A stretch of DNA of 64,000 nucleotides from Bacilli bacterium (GTDB taxonomy: Bacteria; Bacillota_I; Bacilli_A; RF39; UBA660), in contig JAFSFI010000010.1 of the NCBI GenBank assembly GCA_017435255.1, positions 103,219-167,218 of the forward strand, read 5' to 3'. The first letter of the stretch is position 1; every line of letters begins with the position of its first letter. Made by a program: the position numbers and the translations under genes. Positions 18,400-27,884 of the stretch are shown here, one piece after another. The notes beneath the pieces are model-generated. The model was not told the DNA's origin. It did not search any database and saw nothing but the letters and a program-made list of their open reading frames with translations.

Positions 18400-19413
18400 A
18401 TGCGGTGGATTATGGAAAAAATATCTTTACATGAACAAAGAATTATTAATGAAATAATAGATATTTCTAAATTAATAATTAATATATATCAAAGAATCTT
18501 TTTCGAAGAGATAGAAGAAAGTATTAATACTGAAAACTATTGGAATTTATTAAGTGAATTAAACCGTGTGGTGGAAAAAGAAGATGTATTATATTCTAAA
18601 TTGGAATTAAGTATAGAAGAAGTTACAAAATTAATAGAATATTTAGATGTTATTGAACCAAAATATATTAGCCATGGTAATAATGTTTTAGATGCTATAA
18701 ATTTCCCTACAAACCAACCACTATATATTCATAGGATATTGAATAGATTAAAAGATGCATCATTGAAAGAAGATAAAGAATGGGAAAAGTGGTTAATAGG
18801 AAATAATGCCTTTCTGTCGCAAAAAGAAGCTAAAAAATATATAGGATTTAGAAGACTGGATATGGCTGTAGTTAATGATTTTGAAAATGCATTTGTATAT
18901 TATTTAAATGAACAATTAGAAAATAGTAATAATGAAAATAATAGGGATGCATTTGCCAGAATAAAATATAATTTGCTTAGTATTTCACAAAATGTTGAAG
19001 ATAATTTTTTGAACGCTTCTAAATTAAACGATGGAATATACTTTACTTATCCTTTTATATCAGAATACTACAGAATACCACAACAAATAAGTGAAGAAAT
19101 TGTGTTTGTTGCGTGTAGAGGTTATTGTGAAGTTGGAATGACTAATGTTTTAATTAGGGATGATAATGTTAGCAATGATTTTGAATTAGACTTTATAACA
19201 TTTTTTACATATATGAAAGCTGGTTTATCTTTTTTGTTTTCGTTTGATGATTATGATTATTTAATGGAAACCTTGGGTGATGAAATAACAGATATAAATA
19301 ATTGTGCAAATAATGAGCTTTCTATTATCACTAACTTGCTTCTTTCGCAAATAGATGATATAGGTTCTAACAAACCTAAGTGTAAATATATACATCTAAA
19401 ACAACCAAAATAA
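18400..19413 (+). CDS. hypothetical protein
   Basis: ORF only, no motif recognised. The start may be ATG 18412. Confidence 0.4.
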   Translation: MRWIMEKISLHEQRIINEIIDISKLIINIYQRIFFEEIEESINTENYWNLLSELNRVVEKEDVLYSKLELSIEEVTKLIEYLDVIEPKYISHGNNVLDAINFPTNQPLYIHRILNRLKDASLKEDKEWEKWLIGNNAFLSQKEAKKYIGFRRLDMAVVNDFENAFVYYLNEQLENSNNENNRDAFARIKYNLLSISQNVEDNFLNASKLNDGIYFTYPFISEYYRIPQQISEEIVFVACRGYCEVGMTNVLIRDDNVSNDFELDFITFFTYMKAGLSFLFSFDDYDYLMETLGDEITDINNCANNELSIITNLLLSQIDDIGSNKPKCKYIHLKQPK

Positions 19414-19488
19414 TTACAAATGTGTAATTATTTTTAATTTGTCAAATAATAACAGTAGTGTTATAATGTAGTAAGCGAGGTTGGTTTT

Positions 19489-21591
19489 ATGAAAAAAACG
19501 ATTAAAAACAATAAGCAAAAAGAACATAAAATATTGAATAAATTAAATAAAGTTGCTGAAAATCCTGGGAAATTTATATTGGATGTGTTTAAAAAATTGG
19601 GAAAAAGTTTTTCTGAAAACATAGTGTTTGTTATGTTTGTTTTTTTAAATGTATTAAATGCATTCGTGCTTAGAATGCTTACTATGAATAATCCTAGTAA
19701 CTTTTTTGCGTTTCAACCACTACTTGCAGATTTTGCATTCGTATTAATAATAGGTTCATTTGGCTTTTTATTCAAGAAGTTAGGAAGAACTATATACTAT
19801 TTTATTGTGACAATTATTTTGACAGCAATTTGTGTAATCAATTCGTCATATTATACATTCTATACCTCATTTACTTCAATATCGTTAATATCTACTTTAA
19901 AATTTATTGGACAAGTAGGAGATGCAGTAGTTGAGAATGTTATGAAGCCTAAAGATTTTGTATACATTTTGGCGCCAATAATTATGCTTGCTATATGTAT
20001 AAAAAAACTAAAAAGCAATGTAATGACTAGAAGTGATTATAAAGATAAACCAAGAGCACTTAAAACATTAGCTGTTGGAGTGGCATGTGCGGTTGTATTT
20101 GTTGCTACCTTAACATCTACTGATATCGGAAGATTTGTAAAACAATGGAATAGAGAATACATTGTTATGAAATATGGTATTTATGTATATCATGTAAATG
20201 ATTTAATAAAAAGTGTTGAGCCTAAAATTACCTCTTTATTTGGGTATGACGAGGCTATGAAAACTTTCAAAGAATATTTTGGCGAAGAAACTGAACAAAA
20301 AACAAATAAATATACAGGAATATATGAGGGTAAAAACATCATTGCAATACACGCTGAAAGCATTCAAAGCTTTGTGATAGGATTACAATTCAATGGAGTA
20401 GAAGTAACTCCAAATTTAAATAAACTTGTTAATAGTGGTTTATATTTTGATAATTTCTATTCACAGGTTAGTGTAGGAACTAGTAGCGATAGCGAATTCA
20501 CTTTTAGTACTTCGTTAATGCCATCTAATACAGGTACAGCATTTGGTAGTTATTATGATAGAACTTATATTACTACACAAAAATTATTAAAGGAAAAAGG
20601 ATATTATACATTCTCTATGCATGGTAATAATGCTGATTATTGGAATAGACGAATAATGTACGAATCAATTGGATATGATGAGTTCTATGCAAAAGATGAT
20701 TATGATATTGACGAAGTAATTGGACTGGGGATATCTGATAAATCATTTTTCCGCCAATCTGTGGATAAAATTAAAAAGATAAACGAAGAAAATGAAAAAT
20801 TTTATGGAACAATTATAATGCTTACTAATCATACACCGTTCTCAGATACTGAAAAATATGGAGAATTTGATGTTAGTTTACATGAAACCGTTTACAATGA
20901 AATAACAGGAACATATGAAGAAGTGATATATCCTTATTTAGAAGGTACAAAGTTAGGAAATTATTTAAAATCCGTTCACTATGCTGATGCTGCAATAGGT
21001 GAATTTATAACAGCGCTAGATGAAGCCGGAATATTAGAAGATACAGTTGTTGTAGTGTATGGTGATCATGATGCTAGACTTCCAAAAGCAGATTATCAAA
21101 AAATGTATAACTATGATAAAAATACAGATGGCATATTGCCGGATGATACACTAGGATATATAAAGTTTGATAGTTACCAATATGAATTAAATAGAAAAGT
21201 TCCATTCATTATTTGGACTAAAGATGGTAAATACCAAGGTGTTAACTCAAACGTAATGGGAATGTATGATGTGCAACCAACATTAGGTAATATGTTTGGA
21301 TTTTCTAATCCATATTCTTTAGGAAATGATATATTTAATATAGGTGAAGAAAATATTGTTGTTTTCCCTACAGGAAATTGGGTGACAAACAAAGTATATT
21401 ATAATAGCCAAAAAAATGCGTTCTTAACTCTTAAAGATACAGTTATTACTGATGAATATATTGTACAGTGTAATGATTATTCAGATAAACTATTAAATGC
21501 ATCTAATGCAGTTATTGTATATGATTTAATTAAAAAAAGTAGTGAAGAACAAGCTAATGAATCGCAAGTTATAGAAGATTCCACAAAATAG
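19489..21591 (+). CDS. ltaS: lipoteichoic acid synthase family protein (LtaS-type sulfatase-domain polyglycerolphosphate transferase)
   Basis: 5 N-terminal TM helices followed by a ~450-aa extracellular alkaline-phosphatase/sulfatase-fold domain. Size and architecture are typical of LtaS. Confidence 0.75.
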   Translation: MKKTIKNNKQKEHKILNKLNKVAENPGKFILDVFKKLGKSFSENIVFVMFVFLNVLNAFVLRMLTMNNPSNFFAFQPLLADFAFVLIIGSFGFLFKKLGRTIYYFIVTIILTAICVINSSYYTFYTSFTSISLISTLKFIGQVGDAVVENVMKPKDFVYILAPIIMLAICIKKLKSNVMTRSDYKDKPRALKTLAVGVACAVVFVATLTSTDIGRFVKQWNREYIVMKYGIYVYHVNDLIKSVEPKITSLFGYDEAMKTFKEYFGEETEQKTNKYTGIYEGKNIIAIHAESIQSFVIGLQFNGVEVTPNLNKLVNSGLYFDNFYSQVSVGTSSDSEFTFSTSLMPSNTGTAFGSYYDRTYITTQKLLKEKGYYTFSMHGNNADYWNRRIMYESIGYDEFYAKDDYDIDEVIGLGISDKSFFRQSVDKIKKINEENEKFYGTIIMLTNHTPFSDTEKYGEFDVSLHETVYNEITGTYEEVIYPYLEGTKLGNYLKSVHYADAAIGEFITALDEAGILEDTVVVVYGDHDARLPKADYQKMYNYDKNTDGILPDDTLGYIKFDSYQYELNRKVPFIIWTKDGKYQGVNSNVMGMYDVQPTLGNMFGFSNPYSLGNDIFNIGEENIVVFPTGNWVTNKVYYNSQKNAFLTLKDTVITDEYIVQCNDYSDKLLNASNAVIVYDLIKKSSEEQANESQVIEDSTK

Positions 21592-21640
21592 GTATAAAAT
21601 ACCTATTTTTTGATAAAAACTAATTAGAAAGTGGTGTATT

Positions 21641-22828
21641 ATGGAAAGAGTAATAATGATTAAATATGGTGAACTATCTACTAAAAAGGGAAATATTAAA
21701 TTTTTTATTAATACATTATATCGTAATATAGAAAATAAATTAAAGGGATACGATGTAAAAATATCTAGAGATATATCTAGGATGTATATTGAATTTAATG
21801 AAAAAGACTTAGATAAAATTTTAAAAAAAATTAATAATATTTTTGGGATTCATGAGTATTTAGTTGCATATAAAGTAGATACTAATATTGATAGTATTAA
21901 AAATAATATTTTAGAAATTTTAAAAAAAGAAAGTTTTAAAACTTTTAAAGTAGAAACCAAAAGAAGTGATAAACGTTTTCCTATTCAAAGTTTAGACTTT
22001 TCAAGACAAATAGGTGGATTAATCCTAAAAAACATTGAAAATGTTAAGGTAGATGTTCATACACCAGAACTTCTATTAAATATTGAAATAAGAGAACATT
22101 ATACTTATATATATTTAAACGGATATCAAGGTCTTGGTGGATACCCAAATGGAACTTTAGGAAAAGGAATGTTAATGCTATCGGGCGGAATTGATTCGCC
22201 AGTAGCGGGATACCTTGCTTTAAAAAGAGGAATGGTTTTAGAAGCGGTTTATTTTGAAGCGATTCCACATACCAGTATCGAAGCAAGAAATAAAGTCATT
22301 GAATTAGCTAAAAAATTAGTTAAATATTCTAATAAAATAAAGTTACATGTTATTCCTTTTACCGAAATACAAGAATCTATTTATAAAAATATTGATTCAG
22401 CATATTGTATTACTATTATGCGTAGAATGATGTATCGTATAATGGAAAAACTTGTAAAACGAACTAAATCTCAAGTAATTGTAAATGGTGAATCTATTGG
22501 CCAAGTAGCAAGTCAGACATTAACTAGTATGCAAGTGATAAATGATGTTACTAGTTTACCAGTAATTAGACCTGTGGCTTGTCTAGATAAACTAGAAATA
22601 ATTGATATAGCAAAAAAAATTGATACATACGATATTAGTATTTTACCATTTGAAGATTGTTGTACAATATTTGTTCCAAAACATCCGGTTATTAATCCTA
22701 ATCTAGAAGACTGTATAAAGTATGAATCAACATTTGATTATGAAAGTATGATTGATAAAGCAATCGAAGAAAGATTGGTTATCGAAATAATAGAAGAGGA
22801 AAATCACAAGTTTGAAGATTTGTTATAG
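21641..22828 (+). CDS. thiI: tRNA 4-thiouridine(8) synthase ThiI
   Basis: THUMP-like N-terminus and PP-loop SGGIDSP. ~395 aa. Confidence 0.85.
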   Translation: MERVIMIKYGELSTKKGNIKFFINTLYRNIENKLKGYDVKISRDISRMYIEFNEKDLDKILKKINNIFGIHEYLVAYKVDTNIDSIKNNILEILKKESFKTFKVETKRSDKRFPIQSLDFSRQIGGLILKNIENVKVDVHTPELLLNIEIREHYTYIYLNGYQGLGGYPNGTLGKGMLMLSGGIDSPVAGYLALKRGMVLEAVYFEAIPHTSIEARNKVIELAKKLVKYSNKIKLHVIPFTEIQESIYKNIDSAYCITIMRRMMYRIMEKLVKRTKSQVIVNGESIGQVASQTLTSMQVINDVTSLPVIRPVACLDKLEIIDIAKKIDTYDISILPFEDCCTIFVPKHPVINPNLEDCIKYESTFDYESMIDKAIEERLVIEIIEEENHKFEDLL

Positions 22829-22852
22829 GAATAAATTACCATTCTAAAAAGT

Positions 22853-22881
22853 GTATGAATTGTTAAAAATTTCACATTCTA
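22853..22881 (+). promoter_or_regulatory. putative forespore sigmaG/sigmaF-type promoter (GTATG-N17-CATTCTA)
   Basis: Matches the sigmaG consensus GHATR-N17/18-CAHWHTA, ~25 nt upstream of the SASP start codon. Confidence 0.5.
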
Positions 22882-22905
22882 TAAATGTATAGGAGGTGAA
22901 AACAA

Positions 22906-23124
22906 ATGAACAGCAATTCAAAAAACGCAATGAAAATGCACGTTCCTGGTGCTAAACAAGCTATCGACAAAATGAAATATGAAATAGCTAACGAATTTGG
23001 TGTTAACTTAGGACCAGATACAACTTCTCGTGCTAACGGATCAGTTGGTGGTGAAATCACTAAAAGATTAGTACGTAGCGGAATGAACCAAATTTCATCA
23101 GGTTACAATAACAGTAATTTCTAA
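22906..23124 (+). CDS. small acid-soluble spore protein, alpha/beta type
   Basis: 72 aa. Motifs [13 protein letters not shown] and the conserved germination-protease site region EIASEFGV-like. Strong RBS aggaggtg. Terminator follows at 23145-23177. Confidence 0.9.
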   Translation: MNSNSKNAMKMHVPGAKQAIDKMKYEIANEFGVNLGPDTTSRANGSVGGEITKRLVRSGMNQISSGYNNSNF

Positions 23125-23144
23125 TTAATATAAATTAATAAATA

Positions 23145-23177
23145 AACTATCAACTTCTTATGTTGATAGTTTTTTTG
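23145..23177 (+). terminator. rho-independent terminator
   Basis: aactatcaac-ttcttat-gttgatagtt followed by tttttt. Confidence 0.75.
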
Positions 23178-23207
23178 TTTATGGTATCCTTAGAATAGAA
23201 GGGTAGT

Positions 23208-23987
23208 GTGATAAAGATGAATCAAAATGATTTTAATATGCAAAACAATAATATGCATTATCAACCACAACAAAATATGAAAAGTTATGGACAAGTTCCA
23301 AATTATCCACAACAACCTACTAATCATTTTAATAATAATCAAAATCAAGATAATAAGAAATCTAATAAAAAAATAGGTATAATAATTGGAATAGTAATAG
23401 TATTAATAATTGCAATAGTTGCTATAGTATTAATTTTTAATTTAGGTAAAGAAAAAGCAAAAACATCTTCTCTTGGTTGTCATTATGATGGTGAGTTAAT
23501 TCAAGGTGCTGAATATGTAAATGGGCAATACACGTATAGATATATAGGTAAAGGGTGGTATGTGGAGTTGACTGATAAAGATTCAAAAGCCCCCGTCACT
23601 ACTAAGTTATGCACATCAATTAATGGTGAGTATATAATAGATATGCGACTTATGTTCAGTGATAGTAAAGCAACAAGCTTATATTTAAGTAGTTTTGATA
23701 CATCCAACGTAACAAATATGAGTGATATGTTTAATGGTAGTCAAGCAACAAGTCTAGATTTAAGTAGTTTTGATACAAGTAATGTCACAAATATGCATGG
23801 TATGTTCATTGATAGCCAAGTAACAAGTTTAGATTTAAGTAGCTTTGATACAAGTAATGTAACAAATATTGGGTTTATGTTTGCTGATAGTAAGGCTACT
23901 ATTGGATATGCCAAAACACAAAGTGATGCAGATAGGTTTAATTCTACTGAAAATAAACCAGAGCCTTTAGTTTTTGTCACAAAATAA
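23208..23987 (+). CDS. membrane-anchored surface protein with DUF285 (BspA/Mycoplasma-lipoprotein-type) repeats and Q/N-rich N-terminus
   Basis: Q/N-rich cytoplasmic N-terminus, one TM helix, then three tandem ~24-aa repeats LxLSSFDTSNVTNMxxMF. Alternative start at ATG 23217. Confidence 0.6.
   Translation: MIKMNQNDFNMQNNNMHYQPQQNMKSYGQVPNYPQQPTNHFNNNQNQDNKKSNKKIGIIIGIVIVLIIAIVAIVLIFNLGKEKAKTSSLGCHYDGELIQGAEYVNGQYTYRYIGKGWYVELTDKDSKAPVTTKLCTSINGEYIIDMRLMFSDSKATSLYLSSFDTSNVTNMSDMFNGSQATSLDLSSFDTSNVTNMHGMFIDSQVTSLDLSSFDTSNVTNIGFMFADSKATIGYAKTQSDADRFNSTENKPEPLVFVTK
23683..23900 (+). repeat. three tandem ~72-nt coding repeats (DUF285 motif)
   Basis: agtagttttgatacaagtaatgt(c/a)acaaatat... recurs three times with few substitutions. 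Confidence 0.7.
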
Positions 23988-24100
23988 AATAATTTTTAAG
24001 ACTATTGATTAATTTCATTAGTCTTTTTTTGCAATATAAAAAAATGTGGCTAAATATAAGGTTTTGTGGTAGAATAAACTTGTTAGAAAGAGGGATAAAT

Positions 24101-25282
24101 ATGAAAATAATGTCAATCAATGCGGGAAGTAGTTCCTTAAAATTTAGCTTATTTGAAATGAATACAAAAGAGGTATTAGTATCTGGTTTATTTGAACGTA
24201 TTGGTATAGAAGGTAGTATGTATACTATTAAATATCAAGAGTTTAAAATAAAAGAGGAAGCTGAGTTAAAGGATCATGCAGATGCTGTTAGGATATTACT
24301 AGAAAAATTAATCGAATTAAAAATAATTGATAGTTTAGAGGAAATAGATGGTATAGGGCACAGGATAGTACATGGTGGTTCTGAATATACTGAGTCAGTA
24401 ATGGTTACAAATAAAGTTGCTGATGATATTTTAAAACTTAGTGATTTAGCACCTCTTCATAATCCTGCACACTATTTAGGAATTAAAGCATTCCAAGAAG
24501 TGTTACCTAAAACACCAATGGTAGTAGTTTTTGATACTGCTTTCCATCAAACAATGGAAAAAGAAAATTATCTATACGCATTACCTTATGAATGGTATGA
24601 AAAGTATGCTGTAAGAAAATATGGATTCCATGGAACTTCACATAGATATATAGCTAAAAAAATTAGTGAAGAACTAGGAAGAGATGATTTAAAAATTATT
24701 AGTTGTCATTTAGGTAATGGAGGAAGTGTAACTGCAATTAAAGATGGTAAATGCGTTAATACTTCTATGGGATTTACTCCACTTGCAGGTATTATGATGG
24801 GAACTAGAGCTGGAGATGTTGATTGTTCTGTTATTCCTTATGTAATGGAAAAAGAAGGAAAGAGTGCTGGAGAAATTTTAAGTGATTTCAACAAAAAGTC
24901 AGGATTCCTTGGAATTAGCCAGTTCAGTAGTGACTCAAGAGACATAGAAGATGGTTGTAAAGAAGGAAAAGAAAATTGCCTTTTAGCACAAGAAATGTTT
25001 ACGAGATCGGTTGTAAAATATATTGCACAATACTATGTAGAATTAGGCGGAGCAGATGTAATTTGCTTTACAGCAGGAATTGGTGAAAATAGTGTTGATG
25101 CAAGAAGAGATATTGTTGAAAGACTAGGAGTATTAGGAATTAAACTAGACTTAGAGGCTAATAATGTTAGGGGAAAATTGTCAAAGATTAGTGCTAAAGA
25201 ATCAAGTTCATTAGTATATGTAGTTCCAACTAATGAAGAATTAATGATCGCTCTTGATACTTTAGATATAGTAAATAGATAG
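24101..25282 (+). CDS. ackA: acetate kinase
   Basis: MKIMSINAGSSSLKF N-terminus and HLGNGGS motif. RBS agaaagaggg before ATG 24101. The six-frame ORF start at 24005 is a non-coding extension. Confidence 0.9.
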   Translation: MKIMSINAGSSSLKFSLFEMNTKEVLVSGLFERIGIEGSMYTIKYQEFKIKEEAELKDHADAVRILLEKLIELKIIDSLEEIDGIGHRIVHGGSEYTESVMVTNKVADDILKLSDLAPLHNPAHYLGIKAFQEVLPKTPMVVVFDTAFHQTMEKENYLYALPYEWYEKYAVRKYGFHGTSHRYIAKKISEELGRDDLKIISCHLGNGGSVTAIKDGKCVNTSMGFTPLAGIMMGTRAGDVDCSVIPYVMEKEGKSAGEILSDFNKKSGFLGISQFSSDSRDIEDGCKEGKENCLLAQEMFTRSVVKYIAQYYVELGGADVICFTAGIGENSVDARRDIVERLGVLGIKLDLEANNVRGKLSKISAKESSSLVYVVPTNEELMIALDTLDIVNR

Positions 25283-25290
25283 GAAATAAT

Positions 25291-26250
25291 ATGTTAAAGG
25301 ATATTTATAAACAAATAGAAAAATATGATAATATTGTAATAGCAAGACATATAGGTGTAGATCCCGATGCTTTAGCTAGTCAATTAGCATTACGTGATTC
25401 AATTAGAAAGACATTTCCTAATAAAAAAGTACTTGCCGTGGGAAGTAGTAGTGTTAAATTCAATTATTTTCCCAAATTAGATAAGACAGAAGAATTAGAA
25501 AACGCACTGCTAATAGTGGTAGATACTCCTGACAAAAAAAGAATAGATATTAGCAATTTTGGAAACTTCAAATATTACGTTAAAATGGATCATCATCCGT
25601 TTATAGAAAAATTTGCAGATATTGAATATATTGACGATGAGGCATCTAGTGCTTCAGAAATAATCTATAGATTTATCAATAGCACGGATTTAATATTGGA
25701 CGAAGAAGTTGCGAAAACTTTATTTTTAGGAATAGTTTCTGATACTAATAGATTTTTAAATAGTTCAACTAGTAATACTTTTGCAGTTGTTACAGATATG
25801 TTAGAAAGGTTTAATCTAAATTTACCAGAATTATATAGTAATATTTTTATGAGACCTCTAAGTGAAATAAGACTGCAAGGGTATATTGCGGAGAACATGA
25901 ATGTAACAGAAAATGGATTAGCAAGTATAAAAATAACCAATGACACAATGATAAAATATGGTGTTGATGTTGGCTCAGCAGGAAATTTAGTCAATAATTT
26001 TAATTACATAGAGGAAGTCATTGTTTGGGTAACTGTATCAGAAGATGTTAAGAACAATTTGATAAAATTAAATATTAGATCTCGCGGTCCTATTATCAAT
26101 CATATTGCGGAAAAATATAATGGTGGAGGGCATCGTTTTGCAAGTGGCGCTAGAGTATCTAGTATGGCTGAAGCTGATTCTTTAATAGAGGAATTAGATG
26201 AGGTGTGTAAAAATTATATAGAAAAATTAGGTGATAATGGTGAAAATTAA
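25291..26250 (+). CDS. nrnA: DHH-family bifunctional oligoribonuclease / pAp phosphatase NrnA
   Basis: DHH motif (VKMDHHPF) and DHHA1 GGGH motif (YNGGGHRFASGA). ~319 aa. Confidence 0.8.
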   Translation: MLKDIYKQIEKYDNIVIARHIGVDPDALASQLALRDSIRKTFPNKKVLAVGSSSVKFNYFPKLDKTEELENALLIVVDTPDKKRIDISNFGNFKYYVKMDHHPFIEKFADIEYIDDEASSASEIIYRFINSTDLILDEEVAKTLFLGIVSDTNRFLNSSTSNTFAVVTDMLERFNLNLPELYSNIFMRPLSEIRLQGYIAENMNVTENGLASIKITNDTMIKYGVDVGSAGNLVNNFNYIEEVIVWVTVSEDVKNNLIKLNIRSRGPIINHIAEKYNGGGHRFASGARVSSMAEADSLIEELDEVCKNYIEKLGDNGEN

Positions 26251-26839
26251 TAATGTTGATTTATTCATAAGCGCAGTTAGACGTAGTCAATATCCGACTG
26301 AAGGTAAGCCAGAATTTTTGCTGGTAGGAAGAAGTAATGTAGGAAAAAGTAGTTTTATAAATACTGTTGTAAATAGAAAAAATATTGCTAGAGTTTCTGC
26401 TACTCCAGGGAAAACTCAAACACTAAATTTTTATTTAGTAAATAACAGATTCTTTTTAGTAGATGTTCCTGGGTATGGATATGCTTTAACCAGCAAAGAG
26501 CAACAAAAGAAATTTGGACTTATGATTGAAGAATATTTAGAAAAAAGAAACGAGTTAAAAAGGGTATTTATGTTAGTAGACTTTAGACATAAACCTACTG
26601 AAGATGATTTGCTTATGTATAATTTTCTAAAATATTATCATGTTCCTGTAACTATTGTAGCTACTAAAGTTGACAAAGTTGGAGCTAGTAAAAAAGATGC
26701 AAATTATAAAATGTTAACAGATTCTCTAGATTTGGTAGTAGGAGATGATATAGTATTGTTTTCTAGCATAACTAAATTAGGTAGAGATGAAATAGTAGAA
26801 AAATTGAATAATTTAACAATAGATACTATAGAAAATTAA
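26231..26839 (+). CDS. engB: ribosome biogenesis GTP-binding protein YsxC/EngB
   Basis: G1 GRSNVGKSSFIN, G3 DVPGYG, G4 TKVDK. ~200 aa. Confidence 0.85.
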   Translation: MIMVKINNVDLFISAVRRSQYPTEGKPEFLLVGRSNVGKSSFINTVVNRKNIARVSATPGKTQTLNFYLVNNRFFLVDVPGYGYALTSKEQQKKFGLMIEEYLEKRNELKRVFMLVDFRHKPTEDDLLMYNFLKYYHVPVTIVATKVDKVGASKKDANYKMLTDSLDLVVGDDIVLFSSITKLGRDEIVEKLNNLTIDTIEN

Positions 26840-26933
26840 AGATGATTCATCATCTTTTTATTTTGGATAACTAGTGATAATTTTGCTCTATTACCAATCT
26901 TTAAATATTACATAAGATATTGTAGGTGGTAAA

Positions 26934-27398
26934 ATGAAAGTTGAAATTATTGATGATGATTATTATAAAGTTTTTATAAATGGTTTATACACTAAGGAAA
27001 TAGATATAAATAACAAAGACGAATTAGGGAAATACGTAAAAGATATAATTTTAAAGTTAAGAAAAATATATAATATTATTTTACAAGGATTATATGAAGT
27101 TAGAGTATACTATATTAGGTTCATTGGGATAATATTAGAAATAAGCAATATAGATAAATATTTAAGTAAAACGGTTGATTTAAAAATAATTGTTCATAAT
27201 GATGAAGAAATATTTTTAAAAATATTTCGATATGAACTAATAAACCATTATAACCATCTAAAATATTATAATAATTGTTTTTATTTTGATATAAATGATT
27301 TGAAAGAAGAGGATGTATATAGGTTAATAGAAAGCACTAATATTGTTTATGGGGACGAATTAGAAGAGCTAAAGCCAAAGTGGATTGAGTTGACATAA
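26934..27398 (+). CDS. hypothetical protein (possibly MecA-like adaptor N-domain; weak)
   Basis: RBS ggtggt upstream. No confident motif. Confidence 0.35.
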   Translation: MKVEIIDDDYYKVFINGLYTKEIDINNKDELGKYVKDIILKLRKIYNIILQGLYEVRVYYIRFIGIILEISNIDKYLSKTVDLKIIVHNDEEIFLKIFRYELINHYNHLKYYNNCFYFDINDLKEEDVYRLIESTNIVYGDELEELKPKWIELT

Positions 27399-27442
27399 TA
27401 GTGTAAATATGATATAATTAGCACTGTTCGTAGGGGGATATT

Positions 27443-27832
27443 ATGAGTAGAGTTGGAACAATAATTTTAGATAATAACTATGCTAATCCAAGGGTAATCA
27501 TAGTTGATAAACCAAATTGTTTGAGAGCTCTTGATTTAACAACAGATAACGATCCAATAAGGACTTTTCAATTAAAAGAAGAAGATGTTTTTATAATCAA
27601 GTATAGAGGCAAACAATTAGATGGACGAAGCGTTAGTTTAGCAAGCGTTTCTGGAATTTACAATCTAAATATAAGAGAAATAGGTGTGTTATCAAAGAAC
27701 GCTTATTACATGTTGTTAAGAAAGTTTAACAGTCATCAGGTAATGCAAGGTGCCAATTCCTTAGGATTTTTAGAAGTAAGAGAAGATGTTCAAGGACAAA
27801 TACTAGAGTTAGGTAAAAGACTTATAAAATAA
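27443..27832 (+). CDS. hypothetical protein
   Basis: ORF with RBS ggggga upstream. No motif recognised. Confidence 0.4.
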   Translation: MSRVGTIILDNNYANPRVIIVDKPNCLRALDLTTDNDPIRTFQLKEEDVFIIKYRGKQLDGRSVSLASVSGIYNLNIREIGVLSKNAYYMLLRKFNSHQVMQGANSLGFLEVREDVQGQILELGKRLIK

Positions 27833-27884
27833 ACTTAATTTATGCGGTGATATTCACCGTTTTATTTAAAAAGGAAGTGATAAT

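Noticed and set aside
22872-23060. 62-aa minus-strand ORF opposite the SASP gene.
   Set aside because: Antisense to a strongly supported SASP with RBS, promoter and terminator.
23683-23900. Tandem direct repeats that could be mistaken for a CRISPR or minisatellite.
   Set aside because: The repeats are in-frame coding repeats of the DUF285 surface protein. There are no unique spacers and no cas genes.
24005-24100. Upstream in-frame extensions of real genes reported by the ORF track: ackA from 24005, cca from 35674, the amine dehydrogenase to 13922, fhs from 8227, and the gene at 14998 from 14980.
   Set aside because: Each internal ATG is preceded by a proper Shine-Dalgarno at 5-9 nt and coincides with the conserved N-terminus of the family. 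The extensions read through intergenic or terminator sequence.
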